Shown here: one piece after another, positions 18,682 through 28,239 of the stretch
Numbering within the stretch: position 1 is the first letter of the stretch
Layout of the letters: every line of letters begins with the position of its first letter
NCBI GenBank assembly: GCA_039588335.1
Contig: JBDGZZ010000001.1
Coordinates: forward strand, 12,090-76,089
DNA: 64,000 bases
Direction: 5' to 3'
From: Gemmatimonadota bacterium
GTDB lineage: Bacteria; Gemmatimonadota; Gemmatimonadetes; Gemmatimonadales; GWC2-71-9
Program-made: the position numbers and the translations under genes
Notes under the pieces: generated by a model
Seen by the model: the letters and a program-made list of their open reading frames with translations, nothing else
The model's database searches: none
Told to the model about the DNA's origin: nothing

Positions 18682-21471
18682 TCACTCTCGATCCAACACT
18701 TCTCTCACCCGTGCAAACAGATCGTTCAATGTCCACGGTTTCAAGAGCAGCGGAACATCGAAACCCACCCCGCTCCTCTGAACTTCGCGTTCCGAATAGC
18801 CACTCGTGAAGAGAAACGGCACCCGGGCGCCCTCTTGCTCGAGAACCTCGAACAACTGGCGGCCCCCCAACCTAGGCATGATGAGATCTGAGATGATCAG
18901 ATCGATATCCGCCTGTCGAGCTCTAACCACTTCGAGAGCTTCCGCACCATCTCCCGCGAGTACAACATCATATCCTTGCCCCTCCAACGCTCGCTTGATG
19001 GTCCGCCGAATGGCCTCTTCATCTTCCACGACGAGAATGGTCTCGCTACCACCGTGGGCCGGTATTACTTCGGCCTCAGTTTGCTCCTCCACCGCAACTT
19101 CTTCGAGAACTGGAAAATAGAGCCTGACAGTTGTTCCGGAGTCCGGTTCACTCACGACATCGACGTAACCGTTGAGTTGTTTCACCAGACCATAGACCAT
19201 CGACATTCCCAGTCCTGTGCCCATACCAGGTGGCTTTCTAGTGAAGAAGGGCTCGAATATGTGTTCCTTCGTGTCCGTCGTCATACCGATGCCAGTGTCG
19301 GCCACCGTTACGCATACGTACTGTCCTGGATGACATCCCGGATGCGTCGCGCTGTAGCCTTCATCGAGCCACTGCTCCGCCACATGCACACGCAGCATCC
19401 CGCCATCGGGCATGGCATCGCGAGCGTTCGTAGCGAGGTTCAGAATGATCTGCTCGAGTGCCACGGGGTCGGCACGAACGTTGCCCACTGGTCGATCGAC
19501 ATCGAGGTCTATTTCGATGTTCTCTGGCACAATGCGTCGCACCATTCCAGCTGCGTCCGAGACTACGTTGCTCAGGTTTACCAGCTGGAGGTCGAGCATG
19601 GTGCGGCGCCCAAAGCCAAGCAACTTCTTCACCAGAGCCGTACCTCGTTGCGCAGCGGCTTGCAGGTCCTGGACGTCTTCCTTGAGAGGAGCGAACTCAG
19701 CTGGCAACGAGTCAGACACGATTTCTGCATTGGCCGATATCACCGTCAAGAGATTGTTGAAATCGTGTGCGATTCCACCTGTCAGCTGGCCGATCGCCTC
19801 CATTTTTTGCACCTGCCTGAGTTGCGCTTCCAGCATTCGCTGCTCAGTTACGTCCTCGGCAATCATCTCGAAATACTCGAGGTCGCCGGCATCGTCGTGT
19901 ACCGGGTGGCCGCTCAGCCAGACCGTGATCGGGCTCTGGTCCTTACATTTCCAGTGTACTTCGAAACCGTCGATGCGCCCCGCCCTACTGTATTTGTTTA
20001 TTGCCGGCAGCCGATCCGAAGGGTGGAGGTATACGTCCTTTCCGATGTCCAGATTGAGCAACTCATTCTCGGACTGATAGCCGAGCATCTTCACGAGAGC
20101 CGGGTTGACCATCAAGAATCTCCCCTCTGGACTCGACCGGTAGATGCCGTGAGTGGCGTTTTCAACCAACCCTCTATAGTTGGCTTCCGACTGACGCAGG
20201 GCCTCCTCAGCCCGCTTGCGTTCCGTTATGTCCCGGTAGATCCCGTAGATGGCAACCTGCCCATCGGAAGTCGTTATGGGAGCTCCGAGTATGGACACGT
20301 CCACCAAGGAGCCGTCTTTCCGCTGCCGCACGGTCTCAACGGCTATGAGATCTCCCGACGCTACTCGTCCTGTAATTGCCGCTGCTTCGTCGCGGAGATG
20401 GTCGGGAGCCAGAAGCTCGTCAACCGACCTTCCCAGAACTTCCTGTCCGTCATATCCGAATAGCTCGGTGAACTCCCGGTTGGGCCGTAGGATGCGATTC
20501 TCGTTATCCAACAACACAACGGCCTCGGGGGAACTCTGGAACAGTTCGTCTAGATAGGCACGCTCGATGCTCAGGGCTTCTTCTACTCTTCGGTGTACGG
20601 TGATGTCTGTGGCAACTCCTATTACACCATCCACTACTCCGGCCTCACCGAAGACGGGAACATACCTGACGTCCCAAGCCAACTCCTCGACTTCCACCGT
20701 TGCTCCGAAACTCTCTCCCGTGAGAGCCCTACGGTTGAACTCCAATACATCCGGTGAATCCTTGTACACATCAAACACCGATTGCCCCACGAGATCACCC
20801 GGGCTCAGACCCAATGCGCCCAGGCCACTGCCCTCCGATAATGTGAATACACCGTCTCGGTCCAGAGCCCAGAGAATTATCGGTGCACTCGAGATCACCG
20901 TCCTCAGACGTGCCTCGCTCTCGTGCAACGCGTCTGCGGCCTCACGCCGCTCGGTGATGTCACGATAGTTGGCCACAACGGCACTGACGCTGGGATCGTT
21001 CATCAGGTTGGTGCCTACCGCCTCGAGCCACCTCCAGGAGCCATCTTTGTGCAACCCTCTCAGTTCGATGGTTACGGTGCGCCCATCCTCCAACAAGACA
21101 TGCCCGAATGCATCACGGACCTTCTGCACATCATCCTCGTGAATCAAATCGAAGATGATGTTGCCAACATACTCGTCTACCGTGTAGCCCATGACACGAC
21201 TCACCGCATCGCTGGCATAGGTTATCTCACCGCCTTCGCCGATCAGGATGACCACTTCCCATGCATTCTCCACCAGCCTTCGGAATTGCTGCTCGCTCTC
21301 ACGAATCCGAAGATCAGATTGCCTCAAGTCGGCTTCTGACGCCTGTAGCTCTGCTATGCGCCCTCGAAGGGACGTGATTTCTTGGATCAGCTGGGCTTTG
21401 GTCTTGTGCAGGTCCTGCATGAGTCGCTCCGAACTGCCGGCCGCTGCCGATTGCACCTGAAAGCCAGGCAA
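18682..21471 (-). CDS. Hybrid sensor histidine kinase: coiled coil, multiple PAS, HisKA, HATPase, receiver
   Basis: About 5 PAS/PAC modules. H-box GGIAHDFNNLLT; ATPase boxes NLATNARDAM, DTGIGM, GTGLGMSMV. C-terminal receiver (VVEDEE, DLIISDLIMP, KPW). Paralogue of 15816-18488. Start could be Met at 21420. Confidence 0.9.
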   Translation of the reverse strand: MPGFQVQSAAAGSSERLMQDLHKTKAQLIQEITSLRGRIAELQASEADLRQSDLRIRESEQQFRRLVENAWEVVILIGEGGEITYASDAVSRVMGYTVDEYVGNIIFDLIHEDDVQKVRDAFGHVLLEDGRTVTIELRGLHKDGSWRWLEAVGTNLMNDPSVSAVVANYRDITERREAADALHESEARLRTVISSAPIILWALDRDGVFTLSEGSGLGALGLSPGDLVGQSVFDVYKDSPDVLEFNRRALTGESFGATVEVEELAWDVRYVPVFGEAGVVDGVIGVATDITVHRRVEEALSIERAYLDELFQSSPEAVVLLDNENRILRPNREFTELFGYDGQEVLGRSVDELLAPDHLRDEAAAITGRVASGDLIAVETVRQRKDGSLVDVSILGAPITTSDGQVAIYGIYRDITERKRAEEALRQSEANYRGLVENATHGIYRSSPEGRFLMVNPALVKMLGYQSENELLNLDIGKDVYLHPSDRLPAINKYSRAGRIDGFEVHWKCKDQSPITVWLSGHPVHDDAGDLEYFEMIAEDVTEQRMLEAQLRQVQKMEAIGQLTGGIAHDFNNLLTVISANAEIVSDSLPAEFAPLKEDVQDLQAAAQRGTALVKKLLGFGRRTMLDLQLVNLSNVVSDAAGMVRRIVPENIEIDLDVDRPVGNVRADPVALEQIILNLATNARDAMPDGGMLRVHVAEQWLDEGYSATHPGCHPGQYVCVTVADTGIGMTTDTKEHIFEPFFTRKPPGMGTGLGMSMVYGLVKQLNGYVDVVSEPDSGTTVRLYFPVLEEVAVEEQTEAEVIPAHGGSETILVVEDEEAIRRTIKRALEGQGYDVVLAGDGAEALEVVRARQADIDLIISDLIMPRLGGRQLFEVLEQEGARVPFLFTSGYSEREVQRSGVGFDVPLLLKPWTLNDLFARVREVLDRE

Positions 21472-21632
21472 CTAATAGCTACAAGTCCACGGTATTATCG
21501 ACAAGGTGACAGCCATCCCCCAATAGGTGAAGGGGTCTCGGTCCACGGGATAGCCACCTCGTTGTATAAATAGCATGGTCGCTGTCTGAGCAACACGGAT
21601 TCCCGCTCCAAGGCAGAGCATTTCATTGAGGG

Positions 21633-21660
21633 TTGACTACGGCGTGTCAGGCTCTAAGCT
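21633..21660 (+). promoter_or_regulatory. Sigma70-like promoter upstream of truncated protease gene
   Basis: TTGACT-16 nt-TAAGCT, about 70 nt before GGAGG RBS/ATG 21732. Confidence 0.35.
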
Positions 21661-21731
21661 ACCCCGGACTCAGCGGGAAAAGGACCGTCCGCACAATAGA
21701 CAGGGCAATGCCCACCAACTGGAGGATTTGT

Positions 21732-22219
21732 ATGTACTCGCTGAGAGCCATTGCGCTGTCGGTCATGCTAGTTGGGTTGTCGGCCCAAGGCTACGCCCAG
21801 ACCGTCGGCGACGTCTTCAAGCGGGTGAACCAGGCTGTGGTCGTGATATACACAGCCGAGCGCACAATACAACAAGACGATCCAACCCAGTTGGTCAGTG
21901 TCGGAGGGATAGGCTCTGGCTTTCTCATCTCGCACACTGGCGAAGTCATGACTGCGGCACATGTCGTGCGCGCCGCCGACAAGATCGTGGTCCAATTCAA
22001 GTCGGGGGAGCGCATTCCGGCCAACGTTGTGGCCTCTGACCCATCTGCCGACGTAGCATTGCTCAAGCTGGAGCAACGACCAACCGGTGTAGTGCCTGTC
22101 AACCTGGTCGACTCGGAGTGGAGCCCGTCAAGAGCCCTGCTTGGTTGATTCGGAGTTGACCAATGTCGGCATCTCGATTGGAACTGGTCTCGACGACGTT
22201 GTCACTCGTCGCCTCGTTC
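21732..22219 (+). pseudogene. Truncated/frameshifted HtrA/DegP-like S1C serine protease
   Basis: Signal peptide plus the N-terminal half of the trypsin fold (catalytic-His context TAAHVV, Asp context DVALLKL). Frame stops at 22148. A protease-like continuation (LVDSELTNVGISIGTGLDDVVT) sits in the +1 frame after a 37-nt near-duplication. No GNSGG serine region before the Nudix gene. Confidence 0.55.
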
Positions 22220-22264
22220 GACCCAAGGGGCGACCAAAGGTCAGCCGAGAGCCGAACCCGGACC

Positions 22265-22759
22265 ATGCAGCTATTACTAGATACGGCGGATCCGTTCAGC
22301 AGGGATAGCTTTGATCCGGGACACATGACCGCGAGTGCTGTTGTGCTATCGCCAGACAGAACCCGGATGGTCTTGGTGTATCATGTGAGTCTGGCACGCT
22401 GGCTCCAGCCGGGGGGACACGTAGAGCCCTGCGATGACGACCTCGTCTTCACAGCCCGACGGGAAGTTGAGGAGGAGACCAACCTCAGCCTGGCCGGAGT
22501 TGTAGACGCGCCGTTAGTGGGCGTCGATGTGCATGAGATCCCCGCCGTAAACGGTGAACCGCCGCATTTGCACCATGACCTGGCATTCGTTCTTGTCTTG
22601 AAGACCGACCAGTCAGTCGAGCCAGGACACGATCGGCAGGCTGCATGGTGTCCGATCGACCGGCTCGACAGTTATGGCGTCGACTCACCACTTCGGACAA
22701 GCCTCACGCGTGCCTTGCACGATTCCGGACTATCCGTGGGCCCGCATGAGAATCTATGA
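22265..22759 (+). CDS. Nudix hydrolase
   Basis: Nudix box [25 protein letters not shown]. Start is either ATG 22265 or the ORF-track start 22163. Confidence 0.85.
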   Translation: MQLLLDTADPFSRDSFDPGHMTASAVVLSPDRTRMVLVYHVSLARWLQPGGHVEPCDDDLVFTARREVEEETNLSLAGVVDAPLVGVDVHEIPAVNGEPPHLHHDLAFVLVLKTDQSVEPGHDRQAAWCPIDRLDSYGVDSPLRTSLTRALHDSGLSVGPHENL

Positions 22760-23082
22760 TCATCACTACCACAAATACACTCGACGGCGCCGAAATCGTT
22801 GACTACCTGGGCCTCGTCACAGGTGAGGCCATCTTGGGCGCCAACATGTTCAAGGACGTATTCGCAGGGATTAGAGACATAGTTGGCGGCAGATCCGCTG
22901 CTTACGAAAAAGAACTGCGTGAGGCACGTCAGATAGCAATCGATGAAATGGCATTCCAGGCCGAGGACCTCGGCGCAGACGCCATCGTGGGGGTCGACTT
23001 GGACTACGAGACGATATCCATCGGTTCCGGGACGATGTTGATGGTGACCGCATCAGGGACAGCAGTCAGGTCCAACTGGTGA
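22756..23082 (+). CDS. YbjQ/UPF0145 family protein
   Basis: Full-length family pattern ([36 protein letters not shown]). ATGA overlap with the Nudix gene. Confidence 0.9.
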   Translation: MIITTTNTLDGAEIVDYLGLVTGEAILGANMFKDVFAGIRDIVGGRSAAYEKELREARQIAIDEMAFQAEDLGADAIVGVDLDYETISIGSGTMLMVTASGTAVRSNW

Positions 23083-23117
23083 GGAGACTCTCTCCTCTTC
23101 CTACTGTACCGTCCGGC

Positions 23118-24701
23118 TCAGAAAGAAAACCCCTGCCCGAAACTCATCGCCCAGCGCTTGTCTTCCGTTCCGGCTCCAAAGCGGTAGCCGAAGTCGATCC
23201 GGCCCACGTTCGGACCGGTTGCGCGCGTTGCTCCAATCCTCAGCCCCAACCCCACATTTCCTCCCAATCGGCTGGGCTCGTTCTCATACCATGCTCCTCC
23301 ATAGTCGACGAACCCCGCAAGCCCGATACCCAAGAGACCTAGGACCTCATCCACCAGGAATGAACGGTGCTCGAGCGATCCCCACGCTGACCTAGTTCCG
23401 GTGAAGGCATGAGGCCCAAATAGCCTGGGTCCCGACCCGTGACCCAGATCGAACTCCAACCCGGGCGGTGGATTCTCTTGTGCACCTGCTTCTAGGTGGA
23501 ACACGGTGGCGTTCTTGGGAACCAACCGCGCTGCCAAAGTCAGGGCGACCCAGACCTGACCCGAGTCGAGACCGGCAGATGTGAACAGCCCATTGGCCCT
23601 CCCCTCCAGCAGGGCGAAGTTGGGTCCCAATGAAGCCCCGGTCTGTAGCGACAAGCCAAGGCCAATGCCGGTTTCGGGGTAGCCCCACGAACTGGGCGCC
23701 AACCAAGTTGACAGTGACACCCGGCTGCTCAGATCCAAGTCGTGCTCGCGCGCGAATCCGTTGTAGTGTGTTACGACCTTGAACCGGGCACTGGCAAGCT
23801 CCGCAAACGCACCGACCGCACCACTGACCGAATCCGGAAGCACCCCACCGCTGTCCGCTGCGAGGACATACTCCTCCTGCTTATACTGCCCCGCTAGTCC
23901 GACGCGCAGGTACATACCCGATGTGGCCACCAGTGCAGTGGAGACCTGTCCAATCTGGATGAACGAACTCCTTTGGTAGGTCTCAAAGACTTCTCCGTCG
24001 CGATACTGCAGTACCCGTTCCAGACCAGCAAACCCGTCCAGACCGAACGAGTGCCTATCAGCCCAGGCCCGGAAGGGAATCCCTACACCCCAGGCTCCGC
24101 GGCTTCCGTCAGATAGATCATCATAGAATCCGCCTACGGCGACCGGGCTCCCAAGTGCTCGATCAGTCCCCGCAAGAAGAGTGATCGCATTGCGGTCGGG
24201 CTCGTCGCGGTAGGTTACTCCGACTCTGGCCGCTCTGCCGAGGAAGTTTCGCTCAACGAGACCCGTACCCCACGAGAAGGTTCCAGCGGTGAATCGCATA
24301 TTCAGCCGCAACTCCGTGGTCCATCCATCTGCAGTGCTAACCGTGGCAGCTAGCTTGCCATCGGTCCGAACCGTGTCGATAATGGCCCGCCGAAAAATGC
24401 CCATTCTACGCAGGTTGCGTTCGGTTTCAGCAACTAATGCGGAGTCGTAAGGTGAGCCCACACCGAAGAGGATTTCGCGCCTGACTATCGCCTCGCGCGT
24501 GGTGAAATGAAGGCCATTCGCGAGTCGAAACAGGAAACTAGAACGAGCCTCCACCTGACCATACACGTCCTGCGTGACGACTATGATCGTGTCGATGACG
24601 GGCGGCGGCTCCGGCTCTTGCGCCACCGACGAGAGCGGAACTGAAAGGCCCAGTGCGCAACATAGGACGAAGATTCGAAGCATAACGGTTGACGGCATCA
24701 A
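23118..24701 (-). CDS. Omp85/surface-antigen (D15) family outer-membrane protein
   Basis: Signal peptide, POTRA-like N-region, large barrel, C-terminal MSFGQGFSF. Confidence 0.8.
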   Translation of the reverse strand: MMPSTVMLRIFVLCCALGLSVPLSSVAQEPEPPPVIDTIIVVTQDVYGQVEARSSFLFRLANGLHFTTREAIVRREILFGVGSPYDSALVAETERNLRRMGIFRRAIIDTVRTDGKLAATVSTADGWTTELRLNMRFTAGTFSWGTGLVERNFLGRAARVGVTYRDEPDRNAITLLAGTDRALGSPVAVGGFYDDLSDGSRGAWGVGIPFRAWADRHSFGLDGFAGLERVLQYRDGEVFETYQRSSFIQIGQVSTALVATSGMYLRVGLAGQYKQEEYVLAADSGGVLPDSVSGAVGAFAELASARFKVVTHYNGFAREHDLDLSSRVSLSTWLAPSSWGYPETGIGLGLSLQTGASLGPNFALLEGRANGLFTSAGLDSGQVWVALTLAARLVPKNATVFHLEAGAQENPPPGLEFDLGHGSGPRLFGPHAFTGTRSAWGSLEHRSFLVDEVLGLLGIGLAGFVDYGGAWYENEPSRLGGNVGLGLRIGATRATGPNVGRIDFGYRFGAGTEDKRWAMSFGQGFSF

Positions 24702-24705
24702 ACCT

Positions 24706-24748
24706 AAAAGAAACGCCCCGACACCGCAGGCTGGGCGGTGTCGGGGCG
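24706..24748 (-). terminator. Intrinsic terminator of glnA
   Basis: 14-bp stem CGCCCCGACACCGC-aggctgg-GCGGTGTCGGGGCG. On the minus strand it is followed by TTTCTTTT. Confidence 0.75.
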
Positions 24749-24788
24749 GGAGTCCAGCGGACTCTTGCTACCGCGGGGCAAACGGGAA

Positions 24789-26192
24789 TCAGAAGCTCCC
24801 TAAGTACCTCTGCACCTCCCAGTCGCTCACCATCGCCGAGTACTCCAGCCACTCCTGACGCTTGGCCTCCACAAAGCGTTCATAGATGTGTTCACCCAAC
24901 GCCTCGCGAACGACGGCGTCCTTCTCGAGCTGGTCCAGAGCCTCGTGGAGGTCACGCGGAAGCTCATCGATCCGATAGCGCCGGCGTTCACGGTGGCTCA
25001 TGGCAAAGATATTCTTGTTCACCGGTTCCGGCGGCGTAAGCGCGTTCTCCACACCATCCAGACCCGCTGCAAGCTGGACTGCAAGGGCAAGATAAGGATT
25101 GGCGGACGGATCAGGCATCCGCAGCTCACAGCGCGTGCCCTGACCGCGACGATCCGGAATCCGTACCAGTGGCGACCGGTTGCGCATACTCCATGCTACG
25201 TTGGTCGGAGCCTCGTACCCTGGCACGAGTCGCTTGTAGCTGTTGACGAGCGGGTTCGTTAATGCCACGAAGCCCCTGGCATGCTTCAACAACCCAGCGA
25301 TGTACCCGAGCGCGACCTCTGACAGCTCCCACCTGGCTGTCGGATCATAGAAGGCGTTGTCACCGTCCTTGAACAAAGACTGGTGCGTGTGCATGCCAGA
25401 ACCGTTGTGCCCCTGTATGGGTTTCGGCATGAACGTCGCCATGAAGCCGTTCCTGTATGCGATGTTGCGAACGACGAACCGGAAGGTCGCTAGGTTGTCG
25501 GCGGTACTGAGGGCGCCGGCGTATCTGAAGTCCACTTCGTGCTGCCCCAAAGCAACCTCGTGATGCCCCGCCTCCACCTCGAAACCCATGTGCTCCAGGT
25601 CGTGGATTATCAGCCTACGTATGGGCTCCGCCTTGTCGACCGGCGCCAAATCGAAGTAACCTCCAACATCATGCGTCTCGAGCGAAGGATTCCCACGCTC
25701 ATCTAGATGGAAGATGAAGAACTCTGCCTCACATCCGGCCATCATCTCGTAACCCAGTTTCGCAGCCCGTTCTACCTGACGCTTCAACGCCATTCGGGGG
25801 CAACCGAGGAAAGGCGAGTCGTCCGGGTTGTAGATGTCGCATATGAGGCGGGCGACCCGTCCACCTTCGTCGTCGTAGGGAAAAACCTTGAAGGTGTCGA
25901 GATCGGGCTTGAGCACCATGTCGCTCTCCTCGATCCGGACGAACCCTTCGATCGACGACCCGTCGAACATGATGTCACCGGCCACAGCCTTGGAGAACTG
26001 GCTCTCCGGTACTTCGACATTCTTGTTGATGCCGGTGACGTCGGTGAATTGGAGTCGGAGGAAATCGACTTCCAGCTCTTTCGCCAGCTGCAGTATGTCG
26101 GCCTCCGTGGCCCCTTTCGTGTCAATGACGGTGCCGCGAACCTCCGACTGCTTCGTCGGGCCAGGTGCTGTGAGGGACTTGTAGGACGACAT
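24789..26192 (-). CDS. glnA: Glutamine synthetase type I
   Basis: FDGSSIEGF, NGSGMHTHQSLF, NSYKRLVPGYEAP. AGGAGA RBS before ATG 26192. Confidence 0.95.
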   Translation of the reverse strand: MSSYKSLTAPGPTKQSEVRGTVIDTKGATEADILQLAKELEVDFLRLQFTDVTGINKNVEVPESQFSKAVAGDIMFDGSSIEGFVRIEESDMVLKPDLDTFKVFPYDDEGGRVARLICDIYNPDDSPFLGCPRMALKRQVERAAKLGYEMMAGCEAEFFIFHLDERGNPSLETHDVGGYFDLAPVDKAEPIRRLIIHDLEHMGFEVEAGHHEVALGQHEVDFRYAGALSTADNLATFRFVVRNIAYRNGFMATFMPKPIQGHNGSGMHTHQSLFKDGDNAFYDPTARWELSEVALGYIAGLLKHARGFVALTNPLVNSYKRLVPGYEAPTNVAWSMRNRSPLVRIPDRRGQGTRCELRMPDPSANPYLALAVQLAAGLDGVENALTPPEPVNKNIFAMSHRERRRYRIDELPRDLHEALDQLEKDAVVREALGEHIYERFVEAKRQEWLEYSAMVSDWEVQRYLGSF

Positions 26193-26279
26193 CGAAAGAC
26201 TCTCCTGTGCAGGTGAATTACCGGATCGGCTCTGGCCCAGCACATCACATTCCGTGCCCGTACGGCCCAAGGACACCGA

Positions 26280-26308
26280 ACCCTAACGGTGATGGGGCTC
26301 TGTGTCAA
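26280..26308 (-). promoter_or_regulatory. Sigma70-like promoter of glnA
   Basis: Minus strand TTGACA-17 nt-TAGGGT, about 85 nt upstream of the glnA ATG. Confidence 0.45.
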
Positions 26309-26439
26309 TTGATTTGTGCAGAAATGGCAGATCCTAACTTACACAAACGCAAAATAACGGAGAAAACGGCTAATGTGTGGCGTAATTCCTGCAGATTGTG
26401 CTGCGGAAAACACACACAATCACGGGCGGATTGGCTAGA

Positions 26440-26742
26440 TCACTCTCCTCCCAAGGACCTCAGGAGGTTCCACAAATCCTGCGCCGAAAAACCCGCGAAG
26501 CGGGTTTCTACTTCCTGCTGAGACCACTCCAGGAAGATCCAACCTGATAGCCTGTGGATATGGCCTGATACGAAGTGAATTCGACCCCTAATCGCCTTCA
26601 ACTCTGGATCAGCTGCAGTCTCGAGTAGGACGTCCCAGCGGCTCGTCCCACGCATCAACTCCCCCATCTGACGGGCTTTAATTTCGCTAAGGGGCGGTTC
26701 AAACCTGGTCTGGGCGGCTTTGCCGTCCGGTTCCCGTGCCAT
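26440..26742 (-). CDS. Hypothetical protein
   Basis: ORF of 100-114 aa with no recognisable motif and no clear RBS. Kept only because it fills the gap upstream of glnA. Confidence 0.4.
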   Translation of the reverse strand: MAREPDGKAAQTRFEPPLSEIKARQMGELMRGTSRWDVLLETAADPELKAIRGRIHFVSGHIHRLSGWIFLEWSQQEVETRFAGFSAQDLWNLLRSLGGE

Positions 26743-26925
26743 AGGCGCTAGAGTAATGCCCCCGTGCGGACCACGCCAGCACACTTTCTGCCGGTCGCGC
26801 CCGATTTACTGCTGCGTAGCAGTTAGAGTGCCGATTGGCAGCGGCCGTGATCACGAGTGACCATAAACCGTCCCTGTAGCTGGACAACCGGCTCGTTTAA
26901 ACTTGGTTCCGCTCGCCGACCGCAG

Positions 26926-28239
26926 TCACGGCAGTTCCTGTTGCACCATCGTGCCCCTGAAGATGATGGGACGTGCGCCCGCGCAACGATCAAATCCGGT
27001 TGGCCCCTCACACTGGTCCAACACGATCACCTGCCAGGCTCCCTCTTGCCTGACACCGCGAAGCGTATCGGCTCTCACCCGCGTGCCCACGGTATCGGTA
27101 ATCCAGGCCACGAATTCATTACCCGAGAAGAACCCATCCGCGCTGGTGTCCACGTCGCCCCACATCCAGGGGCCCTCCACAAACGCAGAGAACTCCGTGC
27201 TGTCCACTGGACGCGCGAGATAGAGTTCCCAAAGCAGGTCAACCGTCACTTCGTCGTTGAACACTCCTTGCAGTCGGTACATACCTTCACGTGGGTCTTC
27301 CACTTGTCCGACGGCTCTCAGAAACGTCGTCGACGCAACCAGACTCCCGAAGATCCCGATGCCTCCTGATAAACGGTTGATGAATCCCCTCCCTGTGAAC
27401 GGATTGTTCTCTGACCGGGCAAAGTCGAAGTAGTTGGAGTCGGTCAGCGCAACCGTAAATGCGTACTCGCGTCCGGCCCGGAACACGTCGTCTTCGTCGC
27501 CGATGACGAACGAGTTGATGACATCACCGGGGATCCCCACCGCCGTAGTGTCGGCGTAGATCTTTGTTCCGAAGTCGGTGAGATCTCCGTTTCTCCGCAC
27601 TTCAATTTGTAGCATTCGCGCGGCCTGTCCGTCCACGACCACTCGAACGGTATCCGTGTCGCGATTGAACGTCGTTACTGTCGCGGTGTCGAACGGGATC
27701 GAATCACCTGCCACGCGCAGCAGCGCCCAATTCATTCCAGGCACTCTGGTCACTCCAGTTACCACTTCACCTTCGGAAGATTCGACCCGCAACTCCAGAA
27801 CGTCACCAGGACGCATGGTCGGGCATCCCTCCGGCCCCCAATACAAACCCGGCTTCTCACTCACCTTGTGACTAGTCGGATTGGGCACGAACTGAACGTT
27901 TGTGCCGCAGCTATCCTCTGGAAAGTCGACATTCCTGAGCCAGACAACTGCGTCCTCTATGGGAGTCGACGGATAGCCGCCGTAAGGGATCGTTATCGAG
28001 TCTGCCTCATGAAATCGCGCATCCCCCGTTTCGGGGTCAATCACCGGTCCCACTGCGCCGGTGAAGGAACGCTCGACCACAATGAATTGGCGCCCGTCAA
28101 ACTGGTCCGGGAGATCAGGACGCATGACTCCCTGAACCACGACGACCGGCTCACCGTTCGGGATCTCGACCTCGCTGAGGTCACAGCCCCCGAGCGCAAT
28201 GAGGGCCACGAGCGAAAGAAGGGTCGTCGACCTCACCAC
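26926..28239 (-). CDS. Lipoprotein, DUF4249-like by position and N-terminal pattern
   Basis: Lipobox LIALGGC. Overlaps by 7 nt the end of the TonB-dependent receptor, the usual DUF4249 context. Confidence 0.65.
   Translation of the reverse strand: MVRSTTLLSLVALIALGGCDLSEVEIPNGEPVVVVQGVMRPDLPDQFDGRQFIVVERSFTGAVGPVIDPETGDARFHEADSITIPYGGYPSTPIEDAVVWLRNVDFPEDSCGTNVQFVPNPTSHKVSEKPGLYWGPEGCPTMRPGDVLELRVESSEGEVVTGVTRVPGMNWALLRVAGDSIPFDTATVTTFNRDTDTVRVVVDGQAARMLQIEVRRNGDLTDFGTKIYADTTAVGIPGDVINSFVIGDEDDVFRAGREYAFTVALTDSNYFDFARSENNPFTGRGFINRLSGGIGIFGSLVASTTFLRAVGQVEDPREGMYRLQGVFNDEVTVDLLWELYLARPVDSTEFSAFVEGPWMWGDVDTSADGFFSGNEFVAWITDTVGTRVRADTLRGVRQEGAWQVIVLDQCEGPTGFDRCAGARPIIFRGTMVQQELP

Noticed and set aside
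18976-20463. 495-aa plus-strand ORF, and similar long ORFs at 577-1524 (minus), 4629-5660 (plus), 19412-20077 (plus) and 49519-50229 (minus).
   Set aside because: They are antisense shadow ORFs inside well-supported genes (kinases, feoB, MCP). Their products are Arg/Ser/Pro-rich and low-complexity, as expected in high-GC DNA.
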